Of a DNA stretch of 64,000 nt, positions 30,169 to 40,367 are shown in pieces. Source of the DNA: Candidatus Poribacteria bacterium (lineage in GTDB: Bacteria > Poribacteria > WGA-4E > PCPOR2b); contig OZ240245.1 in assembly GCA_965198175.1 (NCBI GenBank), forward strand, positions 320,001 to 384,000, read 5' to 3'. Below the pieces are notes generated by a model. It was not told the DNA's origin and did no database searches. It saw nothing but the letters and a program-made list of their open reading frames with translations. Positions within the stretch are counted from its first letter, which is position 1, and the number at the start of each line of letters is the position of its first letter. The translations under genes were made by a program, and so were the position numbers.

Positions 30169-30310
30169 AGAATCTAGGAATGGAACACGTCGTTAGTTTG
30201 TACCCACGGTTCTAATGAATTGATAAGGCTAGGGATTAAACGGGAAAATGAATAGGCTAGTTTACGGCGCGAATGGAAGATTCGGAGGTTAGTGAGGCAA
30301 TTTGCCCTTC

Positions 30311-30339
30311 TTGATGCCCTCAAGCGAATGTGGTAGAAT
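30311..30339 (+). promoter_or_regulatory. Sigma70-type promoter with extended -10
   Basis: TTGATG-N17-TAGAAT, TGn upstream. Confidence 0.45.
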
Positions 30340-30438
30340 CTCAGCCCTTAGTTGAAGCACGGACTCAACCGCCCGGGGAGATATGATACTTGATAAGCCG
30401 TTGGATTTCGTGATCCCAACCCAACTACGAACTGGTAG

Positions 30439-30475
30439 AACCTTGCGAAGGTTTAGAGTCTTCGCAAGGTTTTTG
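30439..30475 (+). terminator. Hairpin with T-run (terminator or REP-like)
   Basis: aaccttgcgaag-N9-cttcgcaaggtt followed by ttt. Confidence 0.55.
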
Positions 30476-30568
30476 TGTACAGAATCCTAATCAAGACACA
30501 AGAAAAAACAAAATCAAGCGAACCTTTGTCTCTTGAGATCCGCCTTGTAGCGTAAAGAGGTCGTAATA

Positions 30569-32077
30569 ATGAGTCGAATCCCAGACAGAGAACTGATTAA
30601 ACGGTGTATTGACGGAGATAGCCAAGCTTTCTCGATCCTGATAAAACGCATTGAGACGCCGCTGGTGAAGCTTGTCAGGTCCGAAATCCCTGACCCTGTG
30701 TATGCCGAAGATGTCTTACAAGAAGTACTTTTGGATGTGTGGCAAGGTTTGAAGGGACTTCGGGACCCGGACAGGTGGGCTGCATGGGTCATGCAGATTG
30801 CTCGAAACCGATGTCATGATTTCTTTCGGTCAGCTCAGCGTCGAGAGGCGCCCATGGCGAATAGCGATCTTGAGCCCATCCTCAATAGACGAAGAAAACA
30901 CGGTAGCTTTCAGACCGACCTGCTTGATACCGTACTCCATACCCTGTCCGAAGCGCCGCCGGATCATGCCGAAGCCGCTCACCTATTCTATCTCGAAGGA
31001 TTGACCATCAGACAAATTGCGGCGCAGTTGGGGAGGCCGGAAGGAACCATCAAGCGATGGCTTTCCCACACCCGTAGTTTTGTTAGGAGCCGCCTCGGAT
31101 TGAGGCAAATGAGAACCGAAAGGAGGAAGACTATGACTTCCGATGCATACAAACGCGAATATTACCAACGTAGAGCGCTACGCGATATCGCCGCTTGTCG
31201 TGAAGACGGAGCCGCGTCGCTCAACCTGAAAAATCCTGTTGGGTCGAAAGAACTCCCCAGTGAGTTGTGGACGCTGACTCAGTTGAAGGATCTCACCCTG
31301 TGGTGGAACAAGCTTGAGAACCTCCCAGAGGATATTGGGCGATTGAAGAACCTGGAGAGTCTTTCTGTAGAGAGTGACCAACTCAAACAGTTGCCAAACC
31401 AGATTGTGTCGCTGTCACACCTGAGACATCTGGAAGTGATTGGTAGCCAAATGACGGAATTGCCAGCGGATTTTGGCAATCTTAGTGCATTGCGGACGAT
31501 TATTCTCCAGCGCACTCAGCTCCATGAATTGCCCAACGGCTTTGGGGAATTAAACCGTCTTGAAGTCGCTGAGATGGACTTTAACCGGTTGGGGAAGTTA
31601 CCAGATGATCTGAGCGGTTTGACCAATCTCCGCGTGTTAACCCTGCAAGGTCACCAGCTTTCGGCGTTACCCAAAACAGTAGGTGAACTCTCCGCTATGG
31701 AAGAACTGTATCTTGGCGGGAACCAATTAGGTAGGTTGCCCAACGAGATTAGTAATCTTCGGAACCTTGAGACGCTGGCAATAGAAAAAAATCAAATCCA
31801 CTCGCTACCACAGTGGATAGGTCATTTGTCCAAACTACAACATCTTTTCGTAGAGTCAAATCAGCTCACGAAAATCCCACGAGAAATTGAGCAACTTACA
31901 GAATTACGGGAGTTGGCACTGAGTAATAATCAGTTAACTTCCATACCGAAAGAGCTTGTCGTCCTCCCAAACTTGCAACTTATAAAACTCCATGACAATC
32001 CCCTGCCTAACCAGTTGATTCAGGCAGCGGAAAACGGTATTGATGGGTTCCGTCGGGCCCTCGCGGAGGTCACATAA
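30569..32077 (+). CDS. ECF RNA polymerase sigma factor fused to leucine-rich repeats
   Basis: AEDVLQE, WV..IARNRC, EGLTIRQIA...GTIKR; then 23-aa LRRs (LxxLxLxxNQLxxLP). Confidence 0.88.
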   Translation: MSRIPDRELIKRCIDGDSQAFSILIKRIETPLVKLVRSEIPDPVYAEDVLQEVLLDVWQGLKGLRDPDRWAAWVMQIARNRCHDFFRSAQRREAPMANSDLEPILNRRRKHGSFQTDLLDTVLHTLSEAPPDHAEAAHLFYLEGLTIRQIAAQLGRPEGTIKRWLSHTRSFVRSRLGLRQMRTERRKTMTSDAYKREYYQRRALRDIAACREDGAASLNLKNPVGSKELPSELWTLTQLKDLTLWWNKLENLPEDIGRLKNLESLSVESDQLKQLPNQIVSLSHLRHLEVIGSQMTELPADFGNLSALRTIILQRTQLHELPNGFGELNRLEVAEMDFNRLGKLPDDLSGLTNLRVLTLQGHQLSALPKTVGELSAMEELYLGGNQLGRLPNEISNLRNLETLAIEKNQIHSLPQWIGHLSKLQHLFVESNQLTKIPREIEQLTELRELALSNNQLTSIPKELVVLPNLQLIKLHDNPLPNQLIQAAENGIDGFRRALAEVT

Positions 32078-32245
32078 CAAGGTTAACAAAATAGTAGAGC
32101 AAAAAATCAATAATTTTCAACTGTGCGAATTTACGAATTCGTGGTATAATCTATGGAGCGTGTGAGTTCTTGTGCAAATGATGAAAGTGAGAACAAAACG
32201 AGCTTTGTTTCCTGATAGTATCTACTCCTCGTGATAGGAGTTTAT

Positions 32246-33211
32246 GTGAAAGTTGCTCAAATTGTTGCGCCGCGTCAATTTGAAATCACCGACATAGACG
32301 TACCCGACATTTCCCCTGAACCCGGAGGGGCAGTGCTTATTAAATCCCATCTTAGCGCAATCTGCGGTACGGATATGCCATATTTTGCCCAAGAACACCC
32401 GGCATCCGATTATCCATTTGCGCCGGGGCTGTCCATGCATGAGTGCATCGGTGTGATTGCCGCAAGTAAATCGGATCGCTTCAAGGAGGGCGACGCCGTG
32501 CTTGCTCTACCGCATGAGATGCGTGGACTCTCAGAATACTTCCTGTCGCATGAAGATTTGACCACCCCCCTACCAAAATTCGATCGTGACGATTGCATTT
32601 TAATGTCGCAACCGCTCGGCACTGTCATCTGGGCATGTCGGAAGTTAGGCAATTTACTGCATCAGGAGGTTGTGATTGTGGGCCAGGGACCAATGGGATT
32701 GCTCATGGCGCATATGTTGAGTAATCTCGGCGCGAAAAAAATTTTTGGGACTGATTTGCTCGATTATCGCCTTGCGGTCTCAAAACAGATGCGTGCCACG
32801 CACACAATCAACGCAAGCAAAGAAGATGCGGTTGCCCGAGTTGCGGAGTTGACAGATGGCAGGATGGCAGACCTTGTAGTCGAAGCGGTGGGACACCAGA
32901 CGGAGACAATCAATAAGTGTCTGGATCTCGTGAAGCAAGGCGGGACAATCCTTGCGTTTGGTGTGCCTGATGACGACATCTACGATTTTCATTTTGGCGA
33001 CTTTTTCAGGAAAAATGTTCGTTTCATTGCATCGGTTGGGCCGGATGTCCAAAAGGATTTCCCGCTGGCAATGGATATAATCTCACAAGGACGGATCGAT
33101 GTTTCCCCGATTATCACACACCATCTTCCGTTTACTGAAGCGCAGCGGGCGTTTGAACTGTCGTTATATAAAAAAGATGGCGCAATCAAGATCGCCCTTG
33201 AATATGATTAA
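32246..33211 (+). CDS. Zinc-binding (MDR) dehydrogenase
   Basis: ICGTD, HECIG, GQGPMG; AGGAG RBS before GTG 32246. Confidence 0.88.
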   Translation: MKVAQIVAPRQFEITDIDVPDISPEPGGAVLIKSHLSAICGTDMPYFAQEHPASDYPFAPGLSMHECIGVIAASKSDRFKEGDAVLALPHEMRGLSEYFLSHEDLTTPLPKFDRDDCILMSQPLGTVIWACRKLGNLLHQEVVIVGQGPMGLLMAHMLSNLGAKKIFGTDLLDYRLAVSKQMRATHTINASKEDAVARVAELTDGRMADLVVEAVGHQTETINKCLDLVKQGGTILAFGVPDDDIYDFHFGDFFRKNVRFIASVGPDVQKDFPLAMDIISQGRIDVSPIITHHLPFTEAQRAFELSLYKKDGAIKIALEYD

Positions 33212-33266
33212 CGCAGCTGATATACAAAGAAGGGAGGAAGAGTCGGCCGGAAGTGGAGAGGCAAAC

Positions 33267-34334
33267 CTAAATCAGTGCTCCTGGTTCCAGCGGCAAGTGG
33301 ACGATTCTCCCTTCGCGACTGGATTGATAGATGGCAAGGATAATCTCAATCGCCTTTCGCCCCTCACGCCCATCAACAAGGTGTGGCGTATCGGTTTCGA
33401 TGCTGTAGATGAGATCCGCCATTTGATGTCGATGGTTAACATGGCTAATTGCACGTGGATCAGCTGCACCACCGTTTCCTGATTGCCTCTTTGAGAATTT
33501 TTGACGAATCTCGGCATCTCCAGGCAACTCCGGATCGAACTCCCACGTTGTAATATCTTCTTCTTCCAAAACGATAGTGCCGTTGCTACCGGAAATCTCA
33601 ATACGTTTCAAGAAACCGGGGTATACGGCAGTCGCACCTTCAATGGTTCCTAAGGCGCCGTTTTCAAAACGCAGAGCGGTAACTGCAACATCCTCGACCT
33701 CGATTCGGTCATGCGCCAGTGTATCCGTGAATGCTTGTACAGCTTTGACAGGTCCCATGAAGTATTGGAGAAGATCGATGGCATGGATGGACTGATTCAT
33801 TAACGCGCCACCGCCATCGAGTGCCCACGTGCCTCGCCATCCGCCACTGTCGTAATACGCTTGCGGACGGTACCACTTGATGTAAGCGTCGCCCAAAGTT
33901 AGTGTCCTGAACCGACCGGAATCGATTGTTTCCTTTAACAATTGACTTCCTTCGACAAATCGTGAGTTGAAGATTGCACATAAGCGCACGCCGGCTTCGT
34001 CACAAGCTTGGATGATTTGATCGCATCGCTCTAATGTGATTTCCAGGGGTTTTTCAACAATGACATGTTTGTGGGCCTTGGCGGTTGCGACTGCCGCCTC
34101 CAGATGGACACCGCTAGGCGTACAGACACACACGACGTCGAGGTCATCGCGCTTGAGCATTTCACGGTAGTCCGAATAGCTGTCTACATGATATGCATCT
34201 ACAAGTCGTCTGACGTTGTCGGAATTTCGGGAACTGACAGCGACTAATTTCCCATGCTCTAGCCCTGTGATTGCTGCGGCGTGGACATCCGCAACCATAC
34301 CACAGCCGATAATTCCAAACCCATAAGTTTTCAT
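33267..34334 (-). CDS. Gfo/Idh/MocA oxidoreductase
   Basis: GIIGCG, EKPL, DGGGALMNQSIHAID. Confidence 0.92.
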   Translation of the reverse strand: MKTYGFGIIGCGMVADVHAAAITGLEHGKLVAVSSRNSDNVRRLVDAYHVDSYSDYREMLKRDDLDVVCVCTPSGVHLEAAVATAKAHKHVIVEKPLEITLERCDQIIQACDEAGVRLCAIFNSRFVEGSQLLKETIDSGRFRTLTLGDAYIKWYRPQAYYDSGGWRGTWALDGGGALMNQSIHAIDLLQYFMGPVKAVQAFTDTLAHDRIEVEDVAVTALRFENGALGTIEGATAVYPGFLKRIEISGSNGTIVLEEEDITTWEFDPELPGDAEIRQKFSKRQSGNGGAADPRAISHVNHRHQMADLIYSIETDTPHLVDGREGRKAIEIILAIYQSSREGRIVHLPLEPGALI

Positions 34335-34523
34335 GACTATGACCGCCTCAAGGCAAGTAACTCCCTCTACAGATTATACGGCAGCTTTTTAGAAACTCGC
34401 CAACGCTTACGAGGAGAACAAAGAGACCTATATAGTCATTCGGGTCTACCGCTATCAAACTCTGCCCTCTGTTCGGCGGCAAGACGGTAGTAAAATGATT
34501 GGAGGTATGCAGAATCGATTATC

Positions 34524-35099
34524 ATGAAGAACGTAATCATGGCTTTCTGCCTCATTGTGACGATTGGGTTTATTTGGATCTGGCACCATCAAATCCAGTT
34601 TAACGATCAGTCGCGCAAAGCGTTTTTTCATCTGAACAGTAGCGAATTAAACCAAGCAATTGATGCCTATACGAGCGCCATCAAGCATAAAAAGTATACC
34701 CTTTTTTTCTCAAAAGCACCGTCTCTATATAACAACCTCGGTCAAGCCTATCTAGGTACGGAACAATATGATGCGGCAGTCACGGCTTTCAAGCAGGCTC
34801 TCGAAATCAAGCCGGATGCAGTGGAAGTTTATATCAATCTAGCGACAGCTTACCTGAAGCAGAATTTGCCTCGTACAGCACTTGAGGCCTGTCAGCAGGC
34901 CATCCAGATTGCCCCTCGTTCTCCCCTCGCCCACTACAACTTGGCTTGTGCTTACGCGCTTACTGACGAAACTGAAGAAGCGATTAATTCCCTCAAGAGA
35001 GCGCTTAAGCTTGACAAGCAGATAAAAAAGTTCGCACACGAAGAAAAGGCATTTGATACGCTTCGGTCACACCCTCTGTTTCCAAAGTCCAGTCCCTAG
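34524..35099 (+). CDS. Membrane-anchored TPR protein
   Basis: N-terminal TM, YNNLG, HYNLACAYA. Confidence 0.85.
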   Translation: MKNVIMAFCLIVTIGFIWIWHHQIQFNDQSRKAFFHLNSSELNQAIDAYTSAIKHKKYTLFFSKAPSLYNNLGQAYLGTEQYDAAVTAFKQALEIKPDAVEVYINLATAYLKQNLPRTALEACQQAIQIAPRSPLAHYNLACAYALTDETEEAINSLKRALKLDKQIKKFAHEEKAFDTLRSHPLFPKSSP

Positions 35100-35285
35100 T
35101 CAACAAGCATCCTGACGTCCGTTGAAAAGAAAGTTAAGACTTTTTGTGGGGAACCTAATCCCCTGGGTCGAAGGCGTATTACACATGCTGCGGCAGTGGA
35201 TAGATACAGACGTGTTACTCGTCCGCTGGACCGGGTAAGGCGATAGTGCTGGCGTTATAATGCGCAACCATACGAACGTCGAGGC

Positions 35286-35987
35286 TCACTTTGTTAACTT
35301 GCTTCCATACTGACGAGACAAAGCTTCCAACCCAATTTCACCTTTCGCGGCGACAGTTTCAATCCGTCCATCCAGCAGAAAAAGAAAGCGGGAACCGGCA
35401 AGGTATCCTAATTCTGTATCGTGGGTTGTAAGGAGAACACCTTTACCACGTACGCGTTCTTTCTCAATCAGCTTGAGCGCAATCTGCTTTGCTGCAACAT
35501 CGAGTCCCGAAAACGGTTCATCGAGAAGGAGAATCGCCGCATCATGGATAATGGCTTTGGCAATCATAAACCGCTGCATCATGCCACGTGAAAAAATCCG
35601 GACAGGTTCATGGGCAAAGGAGGTGAGTTCAACATCGGCGAGGACATCAGAAATCCGCCCTTCCAAGTCATCAATCTCATAAATCCGTCCGAAAAACTTG
35701 AGGTTTTCATACGGACTTAATTCGAGATAAGCGAGTGGTTCGTGGAGAACCAGCCCTAACAATCGACGAACGCGCAGGGGTTCAGCAAGTGCATCTACGT
35801 TGCCAATCTGGAGACTGCCAGTGGTGGGTTTGATCAAAGTGGAGAGAATTTTAACGAGTGTTGTTTTGCCCGAACCGTTTGGTCCAAAAATCGCAACTAC
35901 TTCGTCAGGCTGCACGACAAGATTCACACCGTTCAAGATGTTCCGATGACCATAGCATTTCGTGATTTGGGTTGCTTGCAAAAGCAT
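35286..35987 (-). CDS. ABC ATP-binding protein, CcmA-like
   Basis: GPNGSGKT, FSRGM, LLDEPF, THD; YLELSPYENLKFF. Confidence 0.8.
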   Translation of the reverse strand: MLLQATQITKCYGHRNILNGVNLVVQPDEVVAIFGPNGSGKTTLVKILSTLIKPTTGSLQIGNVDALAEPLRVRRLLGLVLHEPLAYLELSPYENLKFFGRIYEIDDLEGRISDVLADVELTSFAHEPVRIFSRGMMQRFMIAKAIIHDAAILLLDEPFSGLDVAAKQIALKLIEKERVRGKGVLLTTHDTELGYLAGSRFLFLLDGRIETVAAKGEIGLEALSRQYGSKLTK

Positions 35988-36048
35988 CGTAGGAACATAT
36001 TCGGATAGGATCAGAATATGATTAACCCCATTGGGATTAACTTAAGTA

Positions 36049-37452
36049 TTAGGACAAATCACGCATTGAGCGTCGGCGCTCTTCTTTCACTTGTTGCTGA
36101 TATTCCTCATCACTTGTTCGTTGCCACGCGGTTGGTACCCGTGATGTATATTGCGCCACCTCACTTTTCCGCTTGGAGACCCGAAAATACTCAAACCGCG
36201 TGAGGGTAGGAGGTATATTGCCCGGACAGAGCGCATGCAAACCAACCTGAACAGGGTCGCCCATGCTGACATGTGTTTTTCCACAGCTTTGCCAGCTGGC
36301 TCCATCAGAACTCGCGAATCCAGACAAGAGATTGCCTGTGCGCTCAAGCCGAAGGAAGAGTGCCCGTCCTCGATTATGACTCGCCGACACGCCTATCAAT
36401 CCCGTACCGCGACTAACAAGGGAGTAGACGCGATTCACATGCCGTTCAAAACGAACATCTCCTCTGAAAGCGTGGGGTGCAGAGGTTTTCTCCAACCTAA
36501 CAAAGGCATGCGGCCCCTTCCACACAATGAGGCCCCCGTGCTCTCTCTGCTCAGGGGTAATGCGGATTCGGCACTCAATGGCAAAATCGCCGGACACCTC
36601 CATGAACAGACGTGGAGCATCCATGTTGCCACCTTGCCCCGGTGGGCTACCGTGCCAGAGATCTTGGCCGGGCTGAACATGCATTTCTAGATAGCCCTGG
36701 CTCTCTGACCAGGAACCGCCCCCATGAGGATCCTCCCATTTCCATTCGGGGCGCATCTGGTTACCGATAAATTCATCTTCAAAGACAAGCTCTGGAAATT
36801 CGTTGGATGAAGACCATCCCTCAATCTTGATTGAAGAGATTGTATCTCCGAAGTTTTGAGGTAACACATGGAGATTCGGAATTTCCTTTTTATAATCCAT
36901 AGGTTCCATCTGGATGCGTAACTGAGCACCTTCGAAGTTTGTATGTTGAAAGAGTATCACCTCGGCACCACTAGGTGGAAAATCCGGCCCTTTGAAGATG
37001 CGAACAGAAGATACTGCATCGTGAAGTCCTTGTTCCCAGTGAACAATATCACGTAAAACCGTGATTTTCTGACCCTGGAATTCTACATGCTCATAGCATT
37101 CGACAATCAGGGGAATTGTTCCCCATTCGGGACCAACCGTTTGCAACACCGACCCGAAGCTAATTGAGGAGACGATATCTCCGAAATCGTAAGCCATGTC
37201 ATGCAAATTGGCATAAAACCCCGGTCCAAGTGGCAGCCTTCGTCCTTTGAAGTCGGGGTGTTCATGTAGAATGGCTTTATAATTTGGACTTGATGCAAAA
37301 TTGGACCCCTTATAGACTTTGACCGAGGAGATGTTATCTCGAAACCCAATATCTCCTGTTGACCGGACCGGCTCAATCACAAATCCCCCTCTGCCCTGGA
37401 AGTCATGGTGTTGGAATACCTCAACGACGAGGCGCGGTATAACGACTGGCAT
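36049..37452 (-). CDS. Beta/gamma-crystallin domains + concanavalin-like (DUF1349-like) domain
   Basis: Four F.H.xFxG...D.(I/V)SS Greek-key motifs; C-terminal LRLERTGN...SSDGASW...VQVGL. Confidence 0.75.
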   Translation of the reverse strand: MPVVIPRLVVEVFQHHDFQGRGGFVIEPVRSTGDIGFRDNISSVKVYKGSNFASSPNYKAILHEHPDFKGRRLPLGPGFYANLHDMAYDFGDIVSSISFGSVLQTVGPEWGTIPLIVECYEHVEFQGQKITVLRDIVHWEQGLHDAVSSVRIFKGPDFPPSGAEVILFQHTNFEGAQLRIQMEPMDYKKEIPNLHVLPQNFGDTISSIKIEGWSSSNEFPELVFEDEFIGNQMRPEWKWEDPHGGGSWSESQGYLEMHVQPGQDLWHGSPPGQGGNMDAPRLFMEVSGDFAIECRIRITPEQREHGGLIVWKGPHAFVRLEKTSAPHAFRGDVRFERHVNRVYSLVSRGTGLIGVSASHNRGRALFLRLERTGNLLSGFASSDGASWQSCGKTHVSMGDPVQVGLHALCPGNIPPTLTRFEYFRVSKRKSEVAQYTSRVPTAWQRTSDEEYQQQVKEERRRSMRDLS

Positions 37453-37674
37453 TTTTTCCCTCGTGAATTAAGATTTCTCGAATTGAAGAATTTAAGTAGT
37501 TATCATCCGACCGTGATAGAATCTAACTGCTCCTCCCTTTTCTCTACGAGGGGGAGTATTCGTACTTCTCTGTAATTGCCGCTTGAATTGCTTTCCTCTT
37601 TCCGATTCTCGGGTCGGGAAGTTAGGGAAAGGTTTGGAAGCACCGCTCAACGAAAACGTCGCATCATCTTAAAG

Positions 37675-38499
37675 CTACGACGTATAACGTTCCAATCGGT
37701 GCTTACATTCTCGTGCAATCGCCCACGGATCCCATTCCCAGTGCCTGGGGCTAACAAGCTCACAAGACCATATCCCATCAAACCCTGTGGAGTGCACTGC
37801 ACCAACCCATTCCTCGATCGGAATCTCACCGTCTCCAGAGAGGAATCCTCTGAGCTCCGCTTCATTCCATGGAGTACCTGCTTTGTGTGCGACTCCATCG
37901 CAGAAATGAACCGAGTAAATCATTGCTCTATCCAACTTCGCCACCTCATCTGGCGTCGTTTCTCCTCCCGCGTAGAGATGCCAGAAGTCGATTACCATCG
38001 CCACGTTATCCCGGCCAGCCTCCTCAATCACATGTAGACTCTGGGAGAGGGAGTGAATAGGTGCCCAAGCGATGGGCTCAAACTGGAACCTAACTCCGTG
38101 TTGCTTCCCAATATCCGCAATATCGGCTACGTTCCTGGCAGTAAGCTTCAATATCTCTTTCCACGGCCTCCCTTCGAGACGACAGAAGGCTACGATTTGA
38201 ATGGTTGGGCATTGGATGATTGCAGCAGCAACGCAGAGTCGTTCAACTTCGGCGAGCAGTTGATCGCGCTCCGAACCGTCCACACGATCAATGTCTCTCA
38301 CCGAATTTATCATAACAGGCCGGATGCCGTTGGCCTCAAAGATTGGGATTAATTCCTCAGCTTTAAATCCCTGGTCTAGATAACGAAGCAGCTTGCCTAC
38401 TTCAATCTCCAACGCCTCGTGGTTAGTCTCAAAGGCAATCCGGATATCAGTAATGAGATTGCAGTGCATTGTGGACACACCATGCAACGCAAAGATCAT
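37675..38499 (-). CDS. Sugar phosphate isomerase/epimerase (TIM barrel)
   Basis: FEP, DFWH, VHFCD, GDGEIP, SCE. Confidence 0.85.
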   Translation of the reverse strand: MIFALHGVSTMHCNLITDIRIAFETNHEALEIEVGKLLRYLDQGFKAEELIPIFEANGIRPVMINSVRDIDRVDGSERDQLLAEVERLCVAAAIIQCPTIQIVAFCRLEGRPWKEILKLTARNVADIADIGKQHGVRFQFEPIAWAPIHSLSQSLHVIEEAGRDNVAMVIDFWHLYAGGETTPDEVAKLDRAMIYSVHFCDGVAHKAGTPWNEAELRGFLSGDGEIPIEEWVGAVHSTGFDGIWSCELVSPRHWEWDPWAIARECKHRLERYTS

Positions 38500-38877
38500 T
38501 TATCTCTCCAGTATAAATTCGCACCCAAGCCCATAGGTAGCCGAATCATCCATCATCAGCGCCATATTGGGAAAACTGATGATGCGCCAGCCATCGCGCA
38601 CTGCCTCAATGACAGATTGATATGGCCAATCAGTTCGGTCAGACGGCAGTGGGATCCGCCTCCCATTCGTATAGAGCGACATCCCCAAAACGGGTGATTC
38701 AAGTGCTGTACCTGTCGCTTGAATATAAAGAATGTCCTGAACCTTTGGGCGGGCTTCATCCAGCGCGTCAATGACTGTCTGCAGGTCATCCAGCATCAAA
38801 CTGCCTTGCGCCAATTTGTTACGACACTGCTCAAGCTGGTTTCGGATTCGGGTGAGATGCACTGTTGGGACCGCCAT
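38500..38877 (-). CDS. Conserved hypothetical protein (PhyH-associated, paralog 1)
   Basis: LYIQ...WPYQSVIEAVRDGWRIISFPNMALMMDD..TYGLGCEFILE shared with 39859..40218. Confidence 0.8.
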   Translation of the reverse strand: MAVPTVHLTRIRNQLEQCRNKLAQGSLMLDDLQTVIDALDEARPKVQDILYIQATGTALESPVLGMSLYTNGRRIPLPSDRTDWPYQSVIEAVRDGWRIISFPNMALMMDDSATYGLGCEFILER

Positions 38878-38963
38878 GGATTGTCTTAATTGATGATGGG
38901 TTGGTCAATCAATATCATCGGATGGGGACCCTTATAACACCTAACCCATACAATTCGTACATG

Positions 38964-39803
38964 CTAAGCTAAGTCGGCGGGTAAACCAGGACAGAATCCT
39001 TTCGCTTGTGCCGCGGTTGCTGTTGCGGGCCAAGCGAGTCCGCCAATCCACTCGTAGTTATCCAGTTCCCCGCGCAGCCATAGGTACATCCGTGCTGCAT
39101 CATGGCAGACGCGCGACCAATCACGGCGGGGTTCTGGTGAACCCGTTGCGAAGTCTGCGTTCTCTAATCTGAAAGCCGGATCGATCACCCAGTCGCGCGT
39201 CGGCGCGGCGGTACGCCAATAGGTGTATTTAATCAGATTTCGAATACCTGCGGCTGTGGCAGTAGAAGCACGGTGCCAGATAGAATAGACGGTGATAAAA
39301 ATAGAACCGGCCGGTGCAGCAGTCTTGTGAGCGTCAGCGATTGCATCAAGGTGTCTCATAAAATGGGATGGCATGGACAGATAGTGGGAGCCGGGCAACA
39401 ATTCGGTTGGTCCCATCTCAAGAGGCGTCGCTTGAGGGTAGTAAAACAACTGCAGGTAATTGACCTTCGGCACCTGTTGCGAACCGTCGTCACGATGCCA
39501 ACCGCCGTTGATCGTTCTAGGGCAATGGACGCGATGGTTGCTGATAGAGAGCGGCAGCCCAAAATCACGACCAAGAAGAGATCTCACAGCACCCGCCGCC
39601 GGTGCGTTGCACAAAACTTGATCGACAAACCATGCTTCTATCAGGAAGCCGTTAGGGATACCTCCAGGATGCGCATCGCAGTACGCTATGACTCGCTTGT
39701 TAATCTCATCGGGTACCACTTCCTCCAACATGAGGTATCCGTACTTACAAAACTCAATTATCTGTTGGTCCGTAAGCGTCGGTTCGCAGTCATAGCTTTG
39801 CAT
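38964..39803 (-). CDS. PhyH family dioxygenase
   Basis: WHRDD, GPTELLPGSH, IWHRAS. Confidence 0.85.
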   Translation of the reverse strand: MQSYDCEPTLTDQQIIEFCKYGYLMLEEVVPDEINKRVIAYCDAHPGGIPNGFLIEAWFVDQVLCNAPAAGAVRSLLGRDFGLPLSISNHRVHCPRTINGGWHRDDGSQQVPKVNYLQLFYYPQATPLEMGPTELLPGSHYLSMPSHFMRHLDAIADAHKTAAPAGSIFITVYSIWHRASTATAAGIRNLIKYTYWRTAAPTRDWVIDPAFRLENADFATGSPEPRRDWSRVCHDAARMYLWLRGELDNYEWIGGLAWPATATAAQAKGFCPGLPADLA

Positions 39804-39858
39804 CTGATATCCATCATGAGGAGCGATCGTCCCAATACCTAATCCCGGTCAATCCAGT

Positions 39859-40218
39859 TTACTCCCATTTTTCTAGGATAAATTCGCACCCAAGTCCATA
39901 GGTACGTGATTCATCCATCAACAACGCCAAGTTGGGAAATTCAACTATCCGCCAACCATCCCGCATCGCCTCAATCGGGGAACTATATGGCCAATTGTCT
40001 TGATCCGGCGGTTCAGTAATCTGACCATCCACAACCATAGTACAACCGTGGGCGCCTGACCCGACGGAAGTCCCGCCGGTTTGAAGATAGAGCAAATTTT
40101 GGCGTTTGGGTTTCGTCTCATCAAGCGCATCAAGAACCGCGCGCAGGTCTGCTTCGGTAAGCCCACCCTGTCTAAGCGCCTCAATGCATTGTTCAATTTG
40201 CTGTTTTATCTCTTGCAT
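39859..40218 (-). CDS. Conserved hypothetical protein (PhyH-associated, paralog 2)
   Basis: LYLQ...WPYSSPIEAMRDGWRIVEFPNLALLMDE..TYGLGCEFILE; GGAGG RBS. Confidence 0.8.
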   Translation of the reverse strand: MQEIKQQIEQCIEALRQGGLTEADLRAVLDALDETKPKRQNLLYLQTGGTSVGSGAHGCTMVVDGQITEPPDQDNWPYSSPIEAMRDGWRIVEFPNLALLMDESRTYGLGCEFILEKWE

Positions 40219-40367
40219 AAAGTAATTCCTCCAATTTGACTTTTACCTCATCAATACACTCGATTCAGCGAATGTTCAATATAAAATCCCATCAGTATCG
40301 CATTAGCCATGAGTTAAAATGAGACCAGACCTCCATTGTCTCAAGCACTTCAGAAGTCTAGATTAGG

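Noticed and set aside
35100..35285. Intergenic stretch as structured ncRNA or small ORF
   Set aside because: No recognisable RNA family motif or convincing ORF.
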